A stretch of 64,000 bases of DNA from NCBI RefSeq assembly GCF_009914755.1, contig NC_060946.1. One strand, given 5' to 3'. Shown one piece after another: positions 55,746 through 64,000 of this stretch. Below the pieces are notes generated by a model. That model did no database searches. It worked only from the letters and a program-made list of their open reading frames with translations, and had not been told where the DNA came from. A program made the translations under genes and the position numbers. The stretch is from the human T2T-CHM13v2.0 reference genome, Homo sapiens. Position 1 is the first letter of the stretch. Every line of letters starts with the position of its first letter.

Positions 55746-56293
<548 letters not shown>

Positions 56294-56801
56294 TCAGAAC
56301 CATTACACAGCACCTTCTCCAGCAGGCCCGGGTGCACCCCAGTGCCTGGACTCCTCTGGCCGCCACTCCTAGCGTCAGAGGAGTCCAGGCACCGGACCAC
56401 CACTTTGCCTTTCTTCCCCCCTTTACTTCTCCATACTCATTTCCTACTTGAGCCTCAGGTCCAGCCTGGCCAGGTAGACAGAGTGGGCACAACAGGGTCA
56501 TGGGGGCCATTGCACAAATGAGGAAAGGAGCTGAGAAGTCACATGGGTTGCCCAAGTCGTCCCCTACTCTCCCCACCCCATGCCCCTGCCTGATGAAGTT
56601 GGATCGGGCGTGCTGGCTGGCCAGGACACTGTGTGGGCATGGGGAGTCCTCAAGCCCCATCCCACCCCCTGGAGGCTGACAGCTGGGAGACTGAGGCCAA
56701 AGGCAGCCCCACTGCAGCACTGCACAGGGACTTCATGCGGGGCCCTGGATGTGGAGGACCTGGAGGCCTAGAGACCTGGAGGAACTTGTCAGCCGCAGAG
56801 G

Positions 56802-56880
56802 TTGTGAGTGTGTGTGTGTGTAGGTGTTGTAGGTGTGTGCATGTGTGCATGTGTGTGCGCACCTGCATGTACATGTATGT
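56802..56880 (+). repeat. Degenerate (TG)n/(TGCA) microsatellite
   Basis: gtgtgtgtgtgtgtaggtgttgtaggtgtgtgcatgtgtgcatg. Confidence 0.8.
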
Positions 56881-57193
56881 ATTATAGGGCACAGGACTCA
56901 TGAAGTGACAGATCACCATGGGGTCCCCAAATCCACACCCCTCACCCCAGCAACTCCAAGGGGTAGCCTGGAGATAGGAAGGGCACCCAGGAGGGAGAGA
57001 AGGGGGTTTCTGGACCATTCAACAAGGGGCATCACAGAACAGGATCTTAACCAGTGTATGGAACAGCAAAGTCAGCCTGATCCAGGTGCAAAACCCAACT
57101 GCTCAAGTACTCACTGCAGTTTAGGCAGGCGGCCTAGTCTTGCTAAGCTTCAATTATATTATCTGCAAAATGGACCTAATAATTCCCATGTTA

Positions 57194-57593
<400 letters not shown>

Positions 57594-59300
57594 CTAGAAT
57601 CACTCAGTGCTCCCTGAGCCCTGATCCAGCCTTACTATGAGCTGGGAACCAGACAGGAGGCCTTGCCCTCAAGGGACTCGCACATTATAGTTATAATAAC
57701 GACATGCATGAATGTGTGTGTCCCAGCTGCCTGCCTTTCCGAGGCCGTGTGGTTTGCCGCTTTATAAGCACAAAGTCATTGAATCCCCGAGAGAATACTA
57801 CGCATTGGGGGCTGCTACCATCATCTTGCTGATGAAGAAACAGAGAGGTGAAGGAACTTGTTCAGGGTCATCCAGTGGACAAGGTCCAGAGCCAGGATCT
57901 GAAACAAAGATCTCACTCCCACACTCATGCAGGACAGAAACCTGCACAACCCAGGTCATTAACTGCTCAAATCAAGGTAGCACTTGGGGCTGTGGGAGCA
58001 CTGAGGAAGGAGAAGCTTAAGGGGAGTTCAGGAAGGGACTCACAGGGGACGTTAGTGAGCAGGGACTTAGAGGCATGAAGGCTTGGACAGGAGAAGAGGA
58101 AGGGTGGGCCAGGCAGGGATGACAGCCTGGACAGAGGCCCAGAGCAGGGGACAGGAAGCTCAACCCACGTCCGCCCCCCTGCCTGGATCCTAGCTCCGCT
58201 CATCGCCGCTGTGGTTCTCGAAGGCCCTCTTATCCTCTGGCCTTTGCCTATGCTGTTCCCTGTTTGCATGCTGTTCCCCTTTTTATCCTGTGCTCTAGGC
58301 TCAGTAGTGGGTGACAGAGCAGGATTTGAAAACAGGCCTATGGGACTCCCAGACATGTGCCTTTCCCCATGCAGTGCCCTGCCTCACAGAGAGAGAGAGC
58401 GACTCACACCTGGCGAGACCGAGGGTTGAGTCTGCCAGGAAGAGCATGGTGAGCAGGGGGAACAGAATGTGGCAACATGTGAGGGCAGACTCAGGACTGT
58501 GCCTGGGTCTGTCTTCCTGCCCAGCCTGGGGTCCACCTCTCACACTCCAGGGCTCCAAAGCCAGTGCTCCTTCCCCTGGCCTGCCTGGGGGATGGCAAGA
58601 TTTAGATAGAGAATGACTTACTGACTTCAGAGTCCCACAGCCCTGGGTTAGAGCCCCTGGCCCTCATATCACTCTGGCCAAGTTGCTTCCACTCCCTGAA
58701 CCTTGGCTTTCTCTCCTGTGAATGAGACTGTACCTGAAGAATGATTAAGGAAAGTCCCTGGCACAGAGTAGGTGCCTGGCAAATACCAACGGACAGGAGC
58801 CTCGGGACAGATCCCGTTCTGTCCTGGCATGGTGCCGTTTCCTAGCTAGGGAGCCAGCAGGCTCTGCAGGGCAGGGAGGCTCTGCGCTTAGCTAGGTGGT
58901 GTTGCAATGAGAGCAGCAAGGTTTCTGAGTGAGCCCTGCCCCTCCTGGGGCCAGTATCGGTGGGGGCTAGAGCCCTGCTCTCCAGTAACTCACTGTAGCC
59001 CTCCCAGTTACTCAAGGAGCTGGCCACGGCCCAGCCCAGCGGACAGAGGAGGCAGGTGTCTGGGGCTGGTTGACCCTCAGCCTGGACACCACCCTCCACA
59101 CACAAGGAGGCAGTGGTGGTCCATGGGGCTGCTCTTCCTAGGCAGGGCTGTTGGAGGTGGCCCCTTCCCACTCTGCTCTGAGAGCCTGACTATTAGAGGG
59201 GACACTCAGAGGCCCAGGAGGTGACAATGGCACTTACTGGGCACTCTTTGGGCCAGAAAGAGGCTGGGTGCTTTACAGAGCCTCTGACAGATGGGTATTA

Positions 59301-59790
<490 letters not shown>

Positions 59791-61691
59791 AGAATTAAAA
59801 AAAAATAAGAAAAAAAAAATCCCCATTTCACAGATAAGGAAACTGAGGCTTGGATAGGTCAAAGATACCCGGACTCCTTAGTCCAACAGCACCTCTGACC
59901 TTAATCTCCCCTCATCCCACACGCAGAGGTTGTTTGAATTCTAGTGATGGGAAGATCACTCCTGCCAAGACCCCACCTTTGGGCATGCGTGAAAGAAAAC
60001 TCTTCTCAGTGGAGACTGAATTGGCCTCCTGAAACTCCCACCCTAGGGCTGAGCACTCTGTCCCCAAAACAGTCTTCAGAGCTTGAGCACAGCAGGACAC
60101 CCCAGTAAGCCAGTATGCCTCCCCTGGGTAGCTCCTTTCTGAGCCTTAGTTCCTCCAGCTGTAAAACAGGGTTACAACGGTCCCTTACTCAAGGGATGGT
60201 TGTGAGGCTTTAGGGTGTTAATAAACCTAGAATATTCCAGGAGCATCCCGAGTCCTCAGAGAAGCTGCGGCCAAGAGGAGAGGCTCAGAGGGCCTTCCAG
60301 GGACCCAACTCACCTTCCCCAAAGGAGGAATTGGCCGTGATCAGGGCAGCCCAGGGGAGGGATGGAGTGGGGACCACGGCTCGGGAGCCCGTGGCGAGCA
60401 GGCATTTCACCTGCACTCTACTGCCTCTTCCCAGACCTGGCCCTCCCAGAGGATGTGGCTCAGTCTTGCTAAAGGACAGCAGGAATCAGGGCCAGGCAGG
60501 GCTGGGTTCAAGTCTTTTGTCTGCCATTTACCAGCCACGTGTTTGGTGTAGCTGTTGGTTACCTCGCTGCTCTCAGCCTGGCGTCTGCAGCTTGGAGGAA
60601 GGCCCTGTCTCCCGGGGCTGTGGTGTCCAACAGTATGTGAGGCCCAAAGCAGAGTGGCCCCTCAAGTGCAGAGCCAAGCACACCCCAGGCCTGGGCCCCG
60701 CTGGGGACAGCCAGGCCACCCCATCATGGTCCTCCCTGCACTGAGGGAGGGACTGGAGAAGTGCAGCTCAGGAGAAGGACCCCACGTCTTGGCACATTCT
60801 GTTTCCCCTGCTCACCATGCTGTTCCTGGCAGACTTCTCTTCCCCTGGGGCCTTCCAGGCTTAAGTCTCTCCCTCTTTGTGAGGCAGGACACTGCAGCGG
60901 GGAAGCATGTACGTGATCAGGAGTACACTGATGGGGCAACTGAGGCCCAGAGAGAGGGAGCGATGTGTGCAGGATCACGCAGCTGGAGGATGAGAGCTAA
61001 GATTCCACCCCAGGCCTCTGCTGCTCCTCCTGGCACTTAAGCCTTCCCCAATCCATCCCCACACACATGCCCAGCACATCCCCACCTCGGGGCCTTTGCC
61101 CACTCCATAATCCCGATCTGGGGTTACGGTGCCCTCTCTCTGCCCAGCTGGATCTTACTGACCTTTAAGGCCCCTACTCTTGCTGTCCTCCCAGCCCTGT
61201 CCTTAGCCCCTAGAGCACACTGTCCACCCGACCCGCCTCCCCATCCAATTCCTCTTCACCCTTCAGCTCACCTGGGGATGCCCCTCCTTGGGGGAGCTCC
61301 CTCTGATCGGCTAGACCACCTCCTCTTCTGAGCCCATTCCCGGAGGCCACCCCCACTCCACCCACTTTGTGATTTCTAGCTCAGAGTCTCTCTCCTTCCC
61401 CAGATGAGGGCTCTCAGGGCACTTGTTTACACATGTTGCCTCAGCACCCAACACAGATCCTGGCGCAGACCAGGTGTTCGATACTGGCCGTCTCTGCACG
61501 GCACCCATCCAGCTATCGTTTCATTCAGCAAATGTTTATTGAGCACCTGCCCTGTGTTGGAGACCTGAGATACAGCAGTGGGAAAACAGGCAGGGCCCGC
61601 TCTGACTCAGGTGACATTCTAGTGACACGTATGCACATGTCCAAGCCAAGGGCCAGTGGCATAGATGCTAGAGGGCAAAGACTGGGGGAAG

Positions 61692-62622
<931 letters not shown>

Positions 62623-64000
62623 ACAGGTAACATCTGATCGGAGCACTGGAGGAAGTGAATGCGGGAGTGATGGAAATATCAGAGGAAAGAGTATACTGGG
62701 GAGCGGGAGCAGCACGTGCAAAGGCCCTGGGGCAGGACCACACACAGCACGTTGGAGGAATAACAAGATCTGGGAGCGAGTTGGGGGGCAGGAGCTGAGG
62801 TCTGAGAGGGAACAAGCTGGGGCCACTGACAGGGCCCTCCCTGACCCTGAATGCATGGGAGTCATTGCAGAGCTCTGGGCAGAGGCATGCAGGAGCTGAC
62901 TGAAGTTCTAACAGGACCACTCTGCTACTATGTGAAGAATGAATTCCAGAGGGCAGAGGAGGCAGGGAGACCCACGAGGAGGCTGCTGTGCCATCCAGGC
63001 AGGCAATGCCGGTGGTGCGGTGGAGGTGGAAGGAAGGGTGGAGTGCTGAGATAGAGACAGAGGAGAAGTTAAGGGTCAGGAATAATCCCAAGGCTTTTGG
63101 CCTGAGCAAGTGAAGGGAAAGTGGAGGTGAGAGGTTTGTGACTAGTTGAGGCAGAGCTGCCCACTGGCCATCCACGTGGAGAGGTGGCACAAGCTGTTGG
63201 CTGGATAGGTCTAGGTTTTGGGAGAGAAGTCCAGGCGGTGTGGGCACCTGCTGTATGACTCCCCATGTCCTGCACATAGTAGGTCCTCAGTAAATGCCTG
63301 CTTATTGGGCCTGCAGGGGACACATTACTGGCCACAGCCCAGCTCCCAGCCTCCAGGAGAGGCAGACAAGGGGCCCAGGGCCAATCATAGAGAGCCACAC
63401 CCTGAGGGGCACGTGGGGCACCACCAGCATTTCTTGGGTGGCACTGTGGAGGGGAAGCTGGGAAGACCTCTTGGGCGAGGTGGTGGAAATCTTGGCAGGT
63501 GGAGATGGGTGTTGTGGGAAGGCGAGAAAGTGGAGGAGGAAGGCCCAGTGGAGCCGAGGTGAAGTGGACGGTGCAGGAGCCGAACCCTGGTTTCAATTTG
63601 GGCTCTGGGACTGTGAGCAAGACACTTAACCTCTGAGGTCTCCATTGCTGACAGGAATGCTAACTGTCCCCTTTCATGGGTTTGTGTGGGGATCAAATGA
63701 ATTAATCCATGGAAACTGTGGCGAACAACATGATGGCAGGTGCTCAGTAAACATCACCTGCCTGTTAGCATTGCATCCAAAGCTGCCTGGGAGGAGGGAC
63801 AGAGCACAGGGAGGGAGAGGGGAACAGCACAGGAGGCCTGGGGGACAGGAGCCTGGGGCCCAGAAAACGAGGGGATTTTATTCCCTTTGGGCGATTGGAG
63901 TCATGGGAAGTTCTGCAGAGAAAGGAGTAGATGTTCCTGTCAGTCCTTGATTAGCCTCCGCCTGTGCTCGACTTGGTACACTCCCTCCCATCCTAGGCCG

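Overview
Primate (most likely human) GC-rich genomic DNA, recognisable from Alu, MIR, L2, L1M and MaLR repeats. I find no supportable protein-coding exon; nearly all long ORFs come from Alus, the CpG island or simple repeats. A CpG-island promoter at ~44.3-45.5 kb has a good minus-strand splice donor at 44481/44480. This suggests a minus-strand gene with a probably non-coding first exon and intronic sequence running toward the window start. That region holds several repeat-free, motif-dense enhancer-like islands and a near-canonical REST/RE1 site, consistent with a neuronal gene, which I cannot name with confidence. The most unusual structure is at 23.2-25.9 kb: a 1.9-kb codon-phased (GGT)n/GGAGGTTAT VNTR (63 units, with a 456-bp higher-order duplication) faces a 16-copy 22-bp minisatellite carrying the same core inverted, and two tail-to-tail MIRs bracket both arrays. 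The VNTR keeps 4 of 6 frames open, including a Kozak-initiated 650-aa Thr/Ser mucin-like ORF on the inferred gene's sense strand. Other oddities are a miRNA-like hairpin at 56.34-56.40 kb and a fold-back rearrangement inside an Alu at 61.75-61.80 kb. Repeat boundaries and subfamily names are by eye and approximate.
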